A DNA stretch of 64,000 nt from an uncultured Collinsella sp. (GTDB taxonomy: Bacteria; Actinomycetota; Coriobacteriia; Coriobacteriales; Coriobacteriaceae). The stretch spans positions 56,748 to 120,747 of the forward strand of contig CAUDNY010000008.1 of NCBI GenBank assembly GCA_958450865.1, in the 5' to 3' direction. Below, in pieces: positions 42,400 to 51,090 of the stretch. How positions within the stretch are numbered: position 1 is the stretch's first letter; the number at the start of each line of letters is the position of its first letter. A program made the translations under genes and the position numbers. A model generated the notes under the pieces. It was given only the letters and a program-made list of their open reading frames with translations, did not search any database and was not told where the DNA came from.

Positions 42400-42629
42400 G
42401 GTTCCACCGTTCTGACGAACGGCGGGCCGGTCGACGCTGCGCCCTTAGGTTCCGCCGTTCTGACGAACGGCGGGCCGGTCGACGCTGCGCGCCACCCAGA
42501 GCGACAATTTGTCATTCAAAAGGCACGGCATGACCAGAAGGTCTATGCCGTGCCTTTTTCATGCCAACTTGTTCGCTCTGGGCGGCGCTCGCTGGCATTG
42601 CCAAAACATCGACGTTCCCAATGACTACC
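42400..42629 (+). repeat. structured intergenic element, copy B (module 1 tandemly duplicated)
   Basis: ggttcc(a/g)ccgttctgacgaacggcgggccggtcgacgctgcgc occurs twice (42400-42444, 42448-42492). Then cccagagcgacaa, the terminator-like hairpin aaaaggcacggcat-13 nt-atgccgtgccttttt (42518-42559), ttgttcgctctggg, and gccaaaacatcgacgtt. Confidence 0.85.
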
Positions 42630-42726
42630 GCGTGTCTATTAATTTTTCGAGCTTGTGCTGCGCTACTGGTCGCTGGCGTATATCCTGTTAAGTCGTCAGC
42701 ATACAATTCAACAGGGAAGGCAGATT

Positions 42727-43653
42727 ATGCATTCTCCCCATCAACGCGACGCGCATCCACAGCTGGTGTGCAGCCGTCGCATCTTCTTGGGTAGCGCTCT
42801 CGCTGCGAGCGCTACCGTTGTCGCCGGCGCACTTTCCGGTTGCCAGCGCCCCTCCACGCTGGAAGTAGTTCAGCCCACGACGGGCGGCGGTCGCGACGAC
42901 CTGTCCGATTCTGTGATCGGCAAGGATAAGATCCGCATTGGCATGGAGGCGGCCTACGCCCCGTACAACTGGCAGGTTTCCGAGGCCAGCGAGTTCACGA
43001 TCCCCATCGACAACGTGCAGGGCGCCTATGCCGATGGCTACGACGTGCAGATCGCCAAGATCGTCTGCAAGGCTCTCGGCGGCGAGCCCGTTGCCGTCAA
43101 GCAGAGCTTCTCGGGCCTTATCGACTCGCTCAACAACGGCCAGATTGACCTCATCATCGCCGGCATGAGCGCCACGCCCGAGCGCGAGGAGTCCGTCGGC
43201 TTTTCCGACCCGTACTTCATTGGCTACTTTGGCCTGTTCGTAAAAGAGGGCTCGCCCTACCAAAACGCCACCAAGCTCAGCGACTTCAGCGGTGCCACGG
43301 TGCTCGGCCAAAAGGACACCATGCTCGATACCGTCATCGACGAGATTCCGGGCGTTGTGCACAAGAACCCGGTCGATTCGGTCCCCACGGTGTTCTCGAA
43401 TCTGCTGCAGGGCACGTGCGACGCCGTGACCTACAACACGGAGAACGAAAAGGGCTATATGGCCCAAAATCCCGGTATCGTCCCCATCCACTTTGCCGAG
43501 GGCGAGGGCTTTAAGCAGGAGGTCACGGCAAATGTCGGTTGCCGCAAGGGCTCGGACAAACTGCTTAAGCTCATCGACAAGACACTCAAGGGCATTAGCC
43601 AAGAGGAGCGCGACCAAATGTGGGACGCGTGCCTCGACCGTCAGCCGGCATAG
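42727..43653 (+). CDS. amino-acid ABC transporter substrate-binding lipoprotein
   Basis: Signal peptide with lipobox LSGC. SBP_bac_3-like body (IRIGMEAAYAPYNW..., DLIIAGMSATPERE). Confidence 0.85.
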   Translation: MHSPHQRDAHPQLVCSRRIFLGSALAASATVVAGALSGCQRPSTLEVVQPTTGGGRDDLSDSVIGKDKIRIGMEAAYAPYNWQVSEASEFTIPIDNVQGAYADGYDVQIAKIVCKALGGEPVAVKQSFSGLIDSLNNGQIDLIIAGMSATPEREESVGFSDPYFIGYFGLFVKEGSPYQNATKLSDFSGATVLGQKDTMLDTVIDEIPGVVHKNPVDSVPTVFSNLLQGTCDAVTYNTENEKGYMAQNPGIVPIHFAEGEGFKQEVTANVGCRKGSDKLLKLIDKTLKGISQEERDQMWDACLDRQPA

Positions 43654-43662
43654 GGAGGCAGC

Positions 43663-44811
43663 ATGAAAGGCATCAATCGTCTGGCCTCCTTTATCAAGGC
43701 CGACCACCGTTATGTGTACCTGGGCACGAGCGTTATCGCGGCGCTCGGCTTGGCATTTAGCCAGCGCAACCCCACGCCGCTGAGCTTTTTGGCGCCCACC
43801 GGCATCTTCCAAGATTGCCTTTGGGCGATTCTTTGGGCCTGGATCGTCGTGTCGGCGGCAGCGCTCGTCACCAAGGTTATGCACTGGAGCGACTATCGCG
43901 AAACGTCGCCGTTTGCATCCGAGCGTTTCCGTCGCGGCGCGCGCCTGGGCAGCTATGTCGTGGTCGTCATCGCGGCGATCTTCTTTGTCGACCGCTGCGT
44001 CATGTCGTTTATCGACCTGGTGCAGGTGAGTATTGTCTCGGACTCCAACCCCAGCGACTTTTTGTCGAGCCTGGTCTACATGACCTACAAGAGCGGGGAC
44101 TTCTTTATCCGCGGCATCGAGATCACCATCGCGCTTGCCACCTTCGGCACGGTCATCGCCTTCTTCTTGGCGCTGCTCTTTGTGTTCTTGCGCACCCAGA
44201 CCTTCGATCGCGTCGACAACGACCTGGTGCGCTTCTTTAAGAGTGTCGGCCGCGGCTTTGCGACCATCTACTCCACCATCGTGCGTGGCACGCCCATGAT
44301 GGTCCAGGGCCTACTCATCTATTACGCGGGCTTCACCGTTTTGCGCGGCATGGGCTTCGAGACCGCCCAGGCCAACCAGATCTGGAGTACCTTCACTGCC
44401 GGCCTCGTCACCATCTCGCTCAACTCCACCGCCTACATGATGGAGGTCCTGCGCGGCGGCATCGAGTCCATCGACCCCGGTCAGGCCGAGGCGGCGCGCT
44501 CGCTGGGTCTGTCGCAGTGGCAGGCTATGCGCAAGGTCGTGTTCCCCCAGGGTATTAAAAACGCGATCCCCGCGCTCACCAACGAGCTCATCATCAACAT
44601 CAAGGACTCGTCGGTGCTTTCGGTTATCGGCGTGTTCGACCTTATGTACGCTACTACCACGGTCGCCGGCGTGTACTACCGCCAGATGGAGGTCTACTGC
44701 GTGGCGCTCGTGGTCTACCTGATCCTGACGCTCGTGGCGAGCCGCCTGCTCGAGGCCTTTGGCAAAAAGCTCGGCGCCGAGGCTCCTGCCACGCTGCCCA
44801 GCTCTAACTAG
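43663..44811 (+). CDS. amino-acid ABC transporter permease with N-terminal membrane extension of about 150 aa
   Basis: C-terminal HisM/GlnP-type core with the EAA loop ([21 protein letters not shown]). Confidence 0.85.
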   Translation: MKGINRLASFIKADHRYVYLGTSVIAALGLAFSQRNPTPLSFLAPTGIFQDCLWAILWAWIVVSAAALVTKVMHWSDYRETSPFASERFRRGARLGSYVVVVIAAIFFVDRCVMSFIDLVQVSIVSDSNPSDFLSSLVYMTYKSGDFFIRGIEITIALATFGTVIAFFLALLFVFLRTQTFDRVDNDLVRFFKSVGRGFATIYSTIVRGTPMMVQGLLIYYAGFTVLRGMGFETAQANQIWSTFTAGLVTISLNSTAYMMEVLRGGIESIDPGQAEAARSLGLSQWQAMRKVVFPQGIKNAIPALTNELIINIKDSSVLSVIGVFDLMYATTTVAGVYYRQMEVYCVALVVYLILTLVASRLLEAFGKKLGAEAPATLPSSN

Positions 44812-44833
44812 GCTTAAGACGAGGAGAATCATC

Positions 44834-45619
44834 ATGGCAGATACCGCCATTACCGGCGTTGCGGCCGCCGCACAGACCAATGAGCCGCTCATCCGCGTCG
44901 AGGGCCTGCGCAAGAGCTTTGGTTCGCTCGAGGTGCTCAAGGGCATCGACCTGTCCGTCAATCCCGGTGAGGTTGTCACCATCATCGGCGCCTCGGGCTC
45001 GGGCAAATCGACCTTCCTGCGCTGCCTCAACCTGCTCGAGACCCCGGACGCGGGCCACATCTGGTTCCACGGCCAGGACCTCACGGCCGAGCGCTGCAAC
45101 ATCAACAAATTGCGCGAGGACATCGGCATGGTGTTCCAGGGCTTTAACCTGTTCAACAACATGGATGTGCTCGACAACTGCACGCTCGCGCCCGTCACGC
45201 TTAAAAAGATGAGCAAGGCCGAGGCCGAGAAGGTCGCGATGGAGCATCTGACGAGCGTGGGACTCGAAAAGTTCGCGCACGCCGCCGTTGGTCGCCTGTC
45301 CGGTGGTCAAAAACAGCGCGTGGCCATCGCTCGTGCCCTATGTATGAATCCGCAGATCATGCTGTTCGACGAGCCGACCTCAGCGCTCGACCCCGAGATC
45401 GTGGGCGAGGTGCTCGAGGTCATGCGCAAGCTCGCCGCCGACGGCATGACCATGGTCGTCGTCACGCATGAGATGGCCTTTGCCCGAACCGTGTCCGACC
45501 GCGTGGTCTTTATGGACAAGGGCGTGGTGCTCGAGGATGCCGCGCCGGCCGAGCTCTTCGGCAACCCCAAACACCAGCGCACTCGTGAGTTCCTCTCTCG
45601 CTATCTCGAGGACAAATAA
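44834..45619 (+). CDS. amino-acid ABC transporter ATP-binding protein
   Basis: Walker [10 protein letters not shown], signature LSGGQKQR, Walker [12 protein letters not shown]. Confidence 0.9.
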   Translation: MADTAITGVAAAAQTNEPLIRVEGLRKSFGSLEVLKGIDLSVNPGEVVTIIGASGSGKSTFLRCLNLLETPDAGHIWFHGQDLTAERCNINKLREDIGMVFQGFNLFNNMDVLDNCTLAPVTLKKMSKAEAEKVAMEHLTSVGLEKFAHAAVGRLSGGQKQRVAIARALCMNPQIMLFDEPTSALDPEIVGEVLEVMRKLAADGMTMVVVTHEMAFARTVSDRVVFMDKGVVLEDAAPAELFGNPKHQRTREFLSRYLEDK

Positions 45620-45642
45620 CCGACCGCAAACGCTTACGTTGC

Positions 45643-45670
45643 AGGGCCGCTCCCGTGGGGCGGCCTTTGT
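45643..45670 (+). terminator. weak hairpin after the ABC importer operon
   Basis: agggccgc - 9 nt - gcggcctt then TG. Confidence 0.4.
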
Positions 45671-45691
45671 CGTCACAATCGAAAGGATGTC

Positions 45692-47107
45692 ATGGCCGAG
45701 GTTTGGCGCTTCTTTGCGCATGAGGACGATTTTGCCGATATAGACGAGGTCGGCGCGTGCGAGCGCTTGGGCCGCGTGCTGTCGTTTCCGACCATTTCGA
45801 GCATGGATGCCGAGGCGGTGGACTGGCAGCCCTTCGACGACCTGCGCGCGTATATGCAGCAGGCCTGGCCGCACGTATTTGCGGCGGGCGAGGTCGAGCT
45901 TGTCGGCCATTCGCTGTTGGTGACGCTTGGCGGTTCCGACTCCGCCCTCAAACCCGTCATGCTCATGGGCCACATGGACGTGGTCCCCGTGGTGCCGGGT
46001 ACCGAGGCCGACTGGACGCACGCCCCCTTTAGCGGACAGGTGGACGACACCTACATTTGGGGTCGCGGCGCTATCGACATGAAGGATCAGGTCGCAGGCA
46101 TTCTCGAGGCGGTTGAGTATGCGTTGGCGCACGGTTGGGAGCACAAGCGTTCGCTGTTGCTCGCCTTTGGCCAGGACGAGGAAACCACGCAGTACGGCGC
46201 TGGAGCTATCGGCCGCGTGCTCGAGGAGCGCGGTGTTGAGCTCGAGTTCCTGATCGACGAGGGTGACTACCGTATCGTTTCGGCTGCCGAGTACGGCGTG
46301 GGCGAGGGCTGGCTTATGCATGCCGACCTGGCCGAAAAGGGCTATGCCGATATCGTGCTCAAGACGAAGAGCGCGGGCGGGCATTCGTCTAACCCCTACG
46401 GCGGCACGTCGCTCGAGGTGCTCAGCCGTGCCATCGCCGCAATCTGCGATATCGAGTGGCCGACGCGCGTGACCGATCTGCTTGCCGCGCAGCTTGTCGA
46501 GCTGGGGCTCTACACGGCGGATGAGATTGCCGCCAACGGGGATGCCATCGTGCGCGAGTGCCTCGCCAGCAAAAAGCTCTATCCGCTGGTGACGACCACC
46601 TGCGCGCCCACGCAGATCGAGGGAGGCAGCGCCGGCGCCAACGTAATGCCGCAGGATATGTGGGCCAACATTAACTTCCGCATGCTCGAGGGCACGAGCG
46701 TGGCCGACGTTGTGGCGCGCTGCCGTGAGGCGGTTGCCGGGGCGGACCTTGCCGGTCGTGTCGAAGTGGAGCTGGGCCCCGGCAGCTCCGAGCCCTCGCC
46801 GTCCCCGCGCATCGGTGGTCCCGGCCTCGAGGCGGTTCGCTCCATCGCCGCCCGCTATTTCCGCGATCCAAAGGGGACGGAGGAAAACGGATCATCCGAG
46901 CCGTTGGCGATTGTCCCCTCGACCGTGATCGGCGCGACCGACGCTGCCAACTACCAGCACATTTGCTCCGAATGCATTCGTTTTTCGGCGTTTGTGGTCG
47001 ACGATGACGAGTGCGACCGCGGCGTCCACGGCACCAACGAGCGCATCACCCGCCGCGCCTACCTCCAGGGTGTCCGCTTCCTCATCGCCCTGCTCCATAC
47101 GCTCTAG
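45692..47107 (+). CDS. M20-family metallopeptidase (carboxypeptidase/dipeptidase-like)
   Basis: MGHMDVVP, GRGAIDMKD and FGQDEE metal-ligand motifs. Confidence 0.8.
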   Translation: MAEVWRFFAHEDDFADIDEVGACERLGRVLSFPTISSMDAEAVDWQPFDDLRAYMQQAWPHVFAAGEVELVGHSLLVTLGGSDSALKPVMLMGHMDVVPVVPGTEADWTHAPFSGQVDDTYIWGRGAIDMKDQVAGILEAVEYALAHGWEHKRSLLLAFGQDEETTQYGAGAIGRVLEERGVELEFLIDEGDYRIVSAAEYGVGEGWLMHADLAEKGYADIVLKTKSAGGHSSNPYGGTSLEVLSRAIAAICDIEWPTRVTDLLAAQLVELGLYTADEIAANGDAIVRECLASKKLYPLVTTTCAPTQIEGGSAGANVMPQDMWANINFRMLEGTSVADVVARCREAVAGADLAGRVEVELGPGSSEPSPSPRIGGPGLEAVRSIAARYFRDPKGTEENGSSEPLAIVPSTVIGATDAANYQHICSECIRFSAFVVDDDECDRGVHGTNERITRRAYLQGVRFLIALLHTL

Positions 47108-47141
47108 AATCCGACAAAGGGACTCTCCCTTTGTCGGATTC
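47107..47141. repeat. GACAAAGGGAC palindrome, copy 6 (variant outer arms)
   Basis: gaatccgacaaagggactctccctttgtcggattc. Confidence 0.85.
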
Positions 47142-47336
47142 CGTGCGGGTTATATGCAGGTTTGCCTGCGCACGCTATCATGTATGGGTTAGACCGCAAC
47201 TATGTACCCCGTACGCGAAGGGATGCGCATGTATCTGAAGATCGACATGCTCTAGCTGGACTTACCCCCGCAATGGCGCCGTGCGCCCCATCAATTCTGC
47301 CGATTTTCACCTTCACGCATATAAAGGAGTCCCGTC

Positions 47337-48404
47337 ATGCGCGACAAGCTCGAAAAGATCATCAAGGCCTACGAGGAGCTCGAGAAAAAGCTTTCCGACC
47401 CGGCCGTCGCCTCCGATATCAAGGAGTTCACGCGTCTCAACAAGGAGTACGCGCACCAGTCCGACCTCATCGCTGCCTCGCGCGAGTACATCGGCGCGCT
47501 CGATGACATCGAGGCCGCCAAGGAAATGCTCCACGATACTACCGATGCCGATGAGAAGGAGATGCTCCAGATGGACATCTCCGAAAACGAGGCCAAGCTT
47601 CCCCAGCTCGAGGAAGACATTAAGTACATGCTCATCCCGAGCGACCCCAACGACGACAAGAACACCATCGTCGAGATTCGCTCCGCCGCTGGTGGCGACG
47701 AGGCGGCCATCTTTGCCGGCGATCTGTACAAGATGTATCAGCGCTTCTGCGAGTCGCGCGGCTGGAAGACCACCGTGCTCGACTCCAGCCCCAGCGAGGC
47801 CGGCGGCTTTAAGTCCATCGAGTTCAAGGTCGAGGGCGACCGCGTCTACTCCGTCATGAAGTTCGAGTCCGGCGTGCACCGCGTCCAGCGCGTTCCCAAG
47901 ACCGAGTCCCAGGGCCGTATCCAGACCTCCACGGCGACCGTCGCCGTACTTCCCGAGGCCGAGGAGATCGACGTCCAGATCAACCAGTCCGACCTGCGTA
48001 TCGACACCTACTGCGCCTCCGGTCCTGGCGGTCAGTGCGTTAACACCACTTATTCCGCCGTGCGCATCACCCACCTGCCCACCAACACCGTGGTGCAGTC
48101 GCAGGAACAGCGCTCCCAGATCCAGAACCGCGAAGTCTGCATGCAGATGCTGCGCGCCCGTCTGTACGAGATGGAGCTCGAGAAGCAGCAGGCAGAGCTC
48201 GGTGCCGAGCGCCAGAGCCAGATCGGCCACGGTAACCGTTCCGAGAAGATCCGTACCTACAACCAGCCCCAGGACCGCGTGACCGATCACCGCATCGGCT
48301 TCAACTCCACCTACAACGGCGTCCTTCTGGGCGACCAGCTCGGCACCGTCATCGAGGCACTCGCCGCCGCCGAGCGAGCCGAGAAGCTGGCACAGGCAGT
48401 CTAA
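47337..48404 (+). CDS. prfA: peptide chain release factor 1
   Basis: PxT-type recognition region plus the SGPGGQCVNTTYSAVRITHLPT GGQ motif. Confidence 0.95.
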   Translation: MRDKLEKIIKAYEELEKKLSDPAVASDIKEFTRLNKEYAHQSDLIAASREYIGALDDIEAAKEMLHDTTDADEKEMLQMDISENEAKLPQLEEDIKYMLIPSDPNDDKNTIVEIRSAAGGDEAAIFAGDLYKMYQRFCESRGWKTTVLDSSPSEAGGFKSIEFKVEGDRVYSVMKFESGVHRVQRVPKTESQGRIQTSTATVAVLPEAEEIDVQINQSDLRIDTYCASGPGGQCVNTTYSAVRITHLPTNTVVQSQEQRSQIQNREVCMQMLRARLYEMELEKQQAELGAERQSQIGHGNRSEKIRTYNQPQDRVTDHRIGFNSTYNGVLLGDQLGTVIEALAAAERAEKLAQAV

Positions 48405-48405
48405 G

Positions 48406-48585
48406 TTCCGCCGTTCTACCGAACGGCGGACCAGCCGACGCTGCGCGCCGTCCAGAGCGACAATTTGTCATTCAAAAGGCAAGGCATGACCAGAAGGTCT
48501 ATGCCTTGCCTTTTTCATGCCAACTTGTTCGCTCTGGACGTCGCTCGCTGACATTGCCAAATCATTGGCGTTTCCTTGGTTGTCA
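48406..48585 (+). repeat. structured intergenic element, copy C
   Basis: About nine tenths identical to copy B by eye. Central hairpin aaaaggcaaggcat-13 nt-atgccttgccttttt (48475-48516). Starts 2 nt after the prfA stop. Confidence 0.85.
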
Positions 48586-48993
48586 AATGATCCGTAGGGA
48601 GTCATTGGTGACATTGCCTTGATATTTTATTCAGTCGGCTGTGATGTCATTTGAGCTGCTTACCTGCTTAAGGTAATTGACGGCATAAGTCCGCTATCGA
48701 AAATATTGCTCAAAATATCGTTCAAGAAGTCGCGGAGCGATTTTTGATGGGTCGTGCGTCAAGCGATGTGGCAAGTTCTTGGTTAGATATTGGTCAGTTT
48801 TGGGGCAACCTTGCCAAAAGCTTGACGGATGCAGATTTAGACGTCGACGAATGAACACTCTAGGCAGGCTCCAAGCAAAATTCTGGGCTGATTCTCGATA
48901 ATCGCCTTTAATCGCCCCTTGCCAAGCGCTGGCCTCGCTTACAATCTGCTCCGACATTCGCGCGCCGTCCGGCGCTTAAGAGGGGAGGGCCCC

Positions 48994-50244
48994 ATGGCAA
49001 ACGAGATTTGGACCATCAAGCGTTGTCTCGAGTGGACCAAGGAGTACCTGGCCGAGCGCGGCGAGGAGCATCCCCGTCTTTCTGCCGAGTGGCTGCTGTG
49101 CGCGGCCACGGGCCTGGCGCGTATCGACTTGTATATGCGCATGGACGAGACGCTTAACGCAGCCCAGCTCGAGACCATGCACGCGGCCGTCGTTCGTCGC
49201 GCCAAAGGCGAGCCGCTGCAGTACATCACGGGCAGCACGCAGTTTCGCATGATCGACGTCGCGTGCGCCCCCGGCGTGCTCATCCCGCGCCCCGAGACCG
49301 AGATGCTCGTCGAAGAAGTCCTGAACTATCTGGATACCGAGGTGCTGAGCCCCGAGGCCGCTGCCCGTCAGCGTGTTGAGCTGCCTTGGAACGATGAGGT
49401 CGAGCAGGCCCGCAAAGCTGAGGCGGCGCTGGCCGACGAACGCGCGACCGCCGAGCGCCGTGCTGCCAACCTGACGGCCGCCGATGAGGCTGCGCTGGGT
49501 AGCGACGTGCTCGGTAGCCGCGCCTATGCCGAGGAGCTTGCCGATCGCGAGGCCGAGGAAGCCGCCGCGCAAGCAGCAGAAGCCGAAGCCGCAAAAGCCG
49601 CCGAGCCCGAGCTCGACGAATACGACATCGCCATCGAGGGCGCCGACCAGGAGACGGTTTCAGCTCAGGATGCCGCTGCGCCTGCCCCAGCCGAGCCCCG
49701 CACTGCCCGCGTTCTCGAGGTCGGCTGCGGCACGGGCTGTATCTCGCTCTCGATCGCCTGGGAGCGTCGCGGCCACGTCACCTGCACTGCTACCGATATC
49801 GAGCCGCGCGCCATCGACCTTGCTACCAAAAACCGCGATGCGCTTGGCCTCACGTCCGACGAGGTCGCCTTCAGCCTCACGAACCTGGTGAGCTCCATTC
49901 CCCGTGAAGAGTGGGGCACCTTTGACGTACTCGTCTCCAACCCGCCCTACATCCCCACCGATGTCATGCGCTCGCTGCCGCACGAGGTCAAGGACTTTGA
50001 GCCCGACCTGGCGCTCGAGGGCGGTGCCGACGGCCTGGACATCTTCCGCCGCCTGCTCAATGCGGCACCCTATATGCTGCGTGCCGGCGGCCTGTTTGCC
50101 TGCGAGCTCTACGAGGGCGCGCTCGACGCCGCGGCCGAGCTCTGTCGTCAAGCGGGTCTGTCGGACGTGCGCATCGTCCACGACCTCACCGATCGCCCCC
50201 GCATCGTCCGAGCCATCGTCACCGAGCCCAAGCAACGCCAGTAA
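48994..50244 (+). CDS. prmC: release-factor glutamine N5-methyltransferase PrmC/HemK with a low-complexity insert of about 120 aa
   Basis: EPLQYITGSTQF, VLEVGCGTGC (SAM motif I), SNPPYIP (NPPY). Confidence 0.85.
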   Translation: MANEIWTIKRCLEWTKEYLAERGEEHPRLSAEWLLCAATGLARIDLYMRMDETLNAAQLETMHAAVVRRAKGEPLQYITGSTQFRMIDVACAPGVLIPRPETEMLVEEVLNYLDTEVLSPEAAARQRVELPWNDEVEQARKAEAALADERATAERRAANLTAADEAALGSDVLGSRAYAEELADREAEEAAAQAAEAEAAKAAEPELDEYDIAIEGADQETVSAQDAAAPAPAEPRTARVLEVGCGTGCISLSIAWERRGHVTCTATDIEPRAIDLATKNRDALGLTSDEVAFSLTNLVSSIPREEWGTFDVLVSNPPYIPTDVMRSLPHEVKDFEPDLALEGGADGLDIFRRLLNAAPYMLRAGGLFACELYEGALDAAAELCRQAGLSDVRIVHDLTDRPRIVRAIVTEPKQRQ

Positions 50245-50258
50245 TATTTATTAACTGG

Positions 50259-50288
50259 TTAGCAAAAATTATAAAGTAGTTTATAATT
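50259..50288 (+). promoter_or_regulatory. hicAB promoter TTAGCA-17-TATAAT overlapped by the palindrome AATTATAAA-GTAG-TTTATAATT
   Basis: Read directly in the AT-rich tract 50245-50300. The palindrome (50267-50288) covers the -10 element and is a likely HicB operator. Confidence 0.55.
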
Positions 50289-50312
50289 AGGACGGCTGAA
50301 AGAGGTCGGCCC

Positions 50313-50498
50313 ATGCAACCTCCTACCTTTCGGGAAATCATTGCCCTACTCAAGCACGATGGATTCGTGAAGGTCGCGCAAGTCGGTAGTCATGCTAAGT
50401 ATGTTTCTGGTGACCGCGTTGTCACCGTGAACGGCTCTGGTGGTGATCGACCAAAGAAGGGCACGTGGGCAAGTATTCGTCGCCAAGCTGGATGGTAG
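50313..50498 (+). CDS. hicA: type II toxin HicA (mRNA interferase)
   Basis: 61 aa; FREIIALLKHDGFVKV.QVGSHAKY...P.KGTW pattern of the YcfA/HicA family. Confidence 0.85.
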   Translation: MQPPTFREIIALLKHDGFVKVAQVGSHAKYVSGDRVVTVNGSGGDRPKKGTWASIRRQAGW

Positions 50499-50509
50499 TT
50501 GGAGGCAAA

Positions 50510-50956
50510 ATGAGGCAGCGATTTACCTATGACTGCGTTCTCATAAAAGAAGACGACGGTTACTGCGCTAGCTTCCCGCAGATTCCCGGCGCCTTTGCCG
50601 ATGGCGATACGCGCGAAGAAGCGATTGCCCATGCCACCGAGGCACTGATGGCGTTTTTGGCCGACGACCTCAACAACGGTTTGACTCCGGCAGGGTACGA
50701 ACGCTCGGCCGAGGTCGTGGCCCTTTCAGTCGAAATCGACCACGAGGACGCTCGGGAAGCGGCGTGCCGAACATTTAAAGACGCAGCGCTGGACCTCAAA
50801 GTCTCCGCTCCGCGGATTACCGCGCTGGTCAAAGCCGGAAAGCTCGATGTTGAACTCGTCGACGGCCGTCGGATGATAACGATAGACAGCATCGAGCGCT
50901 ACGCCGCCCAAGAACGCCACGCCGGCAGGCCAAAGAAGTTCGTCGCAGTCCAATAA
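50510..50956 (+). CDS. hicB: type II antitoxin HicB with C-terminal HTH (excisionase/MerR-like) DNA-binding domain
   Basis: GGAGG before the ATG. FTYDCVLIKEDDGYCASFPQIPGAFADGDTREEAIAHATEAL is the HicB RNase-H-like fold signature. Confidence 0.8.
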   Translation: MRQRFTYDCVLIKEDDGYCASFPQIPGAFADGDTREEAIAHATEALMAFLADDLNNGLTPAGYERSAEVVALSVEIDHEDAREAACRTFKDAALDLKVSAPRITALVKAGKLDVELVDGRRMITIDSIERYAAQERHAGRPKKFVAVQ

Positions 50957-51090
50957 CCCCCTCACTTTCACCGACTACTAGAGCCGCTCACCAAACCAAC
51001 ATGCGCTCTGGGCAAATAGGTTGAACGTTTCGTGCGAGAATGCCCCACAGTAAACAAACTTGCACCAGAGCGTAAGGGGCTGGCATACAC

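Noticed and set aside
42400-42492. Possible CRISPR or tandem-repeat locus
   Set aside because: There are just two 45-nt units separated by 3 nt. They clearly correspond to module 1 of the dispersed structured element.
48694-48957. 87-aa minus-strand ORF as a real gene
   Set aside because: It has no recognisable family, no convincing RBS, atypical composition, and competes with a plus-strand frame. I kept it only as part of a low-interest finding.
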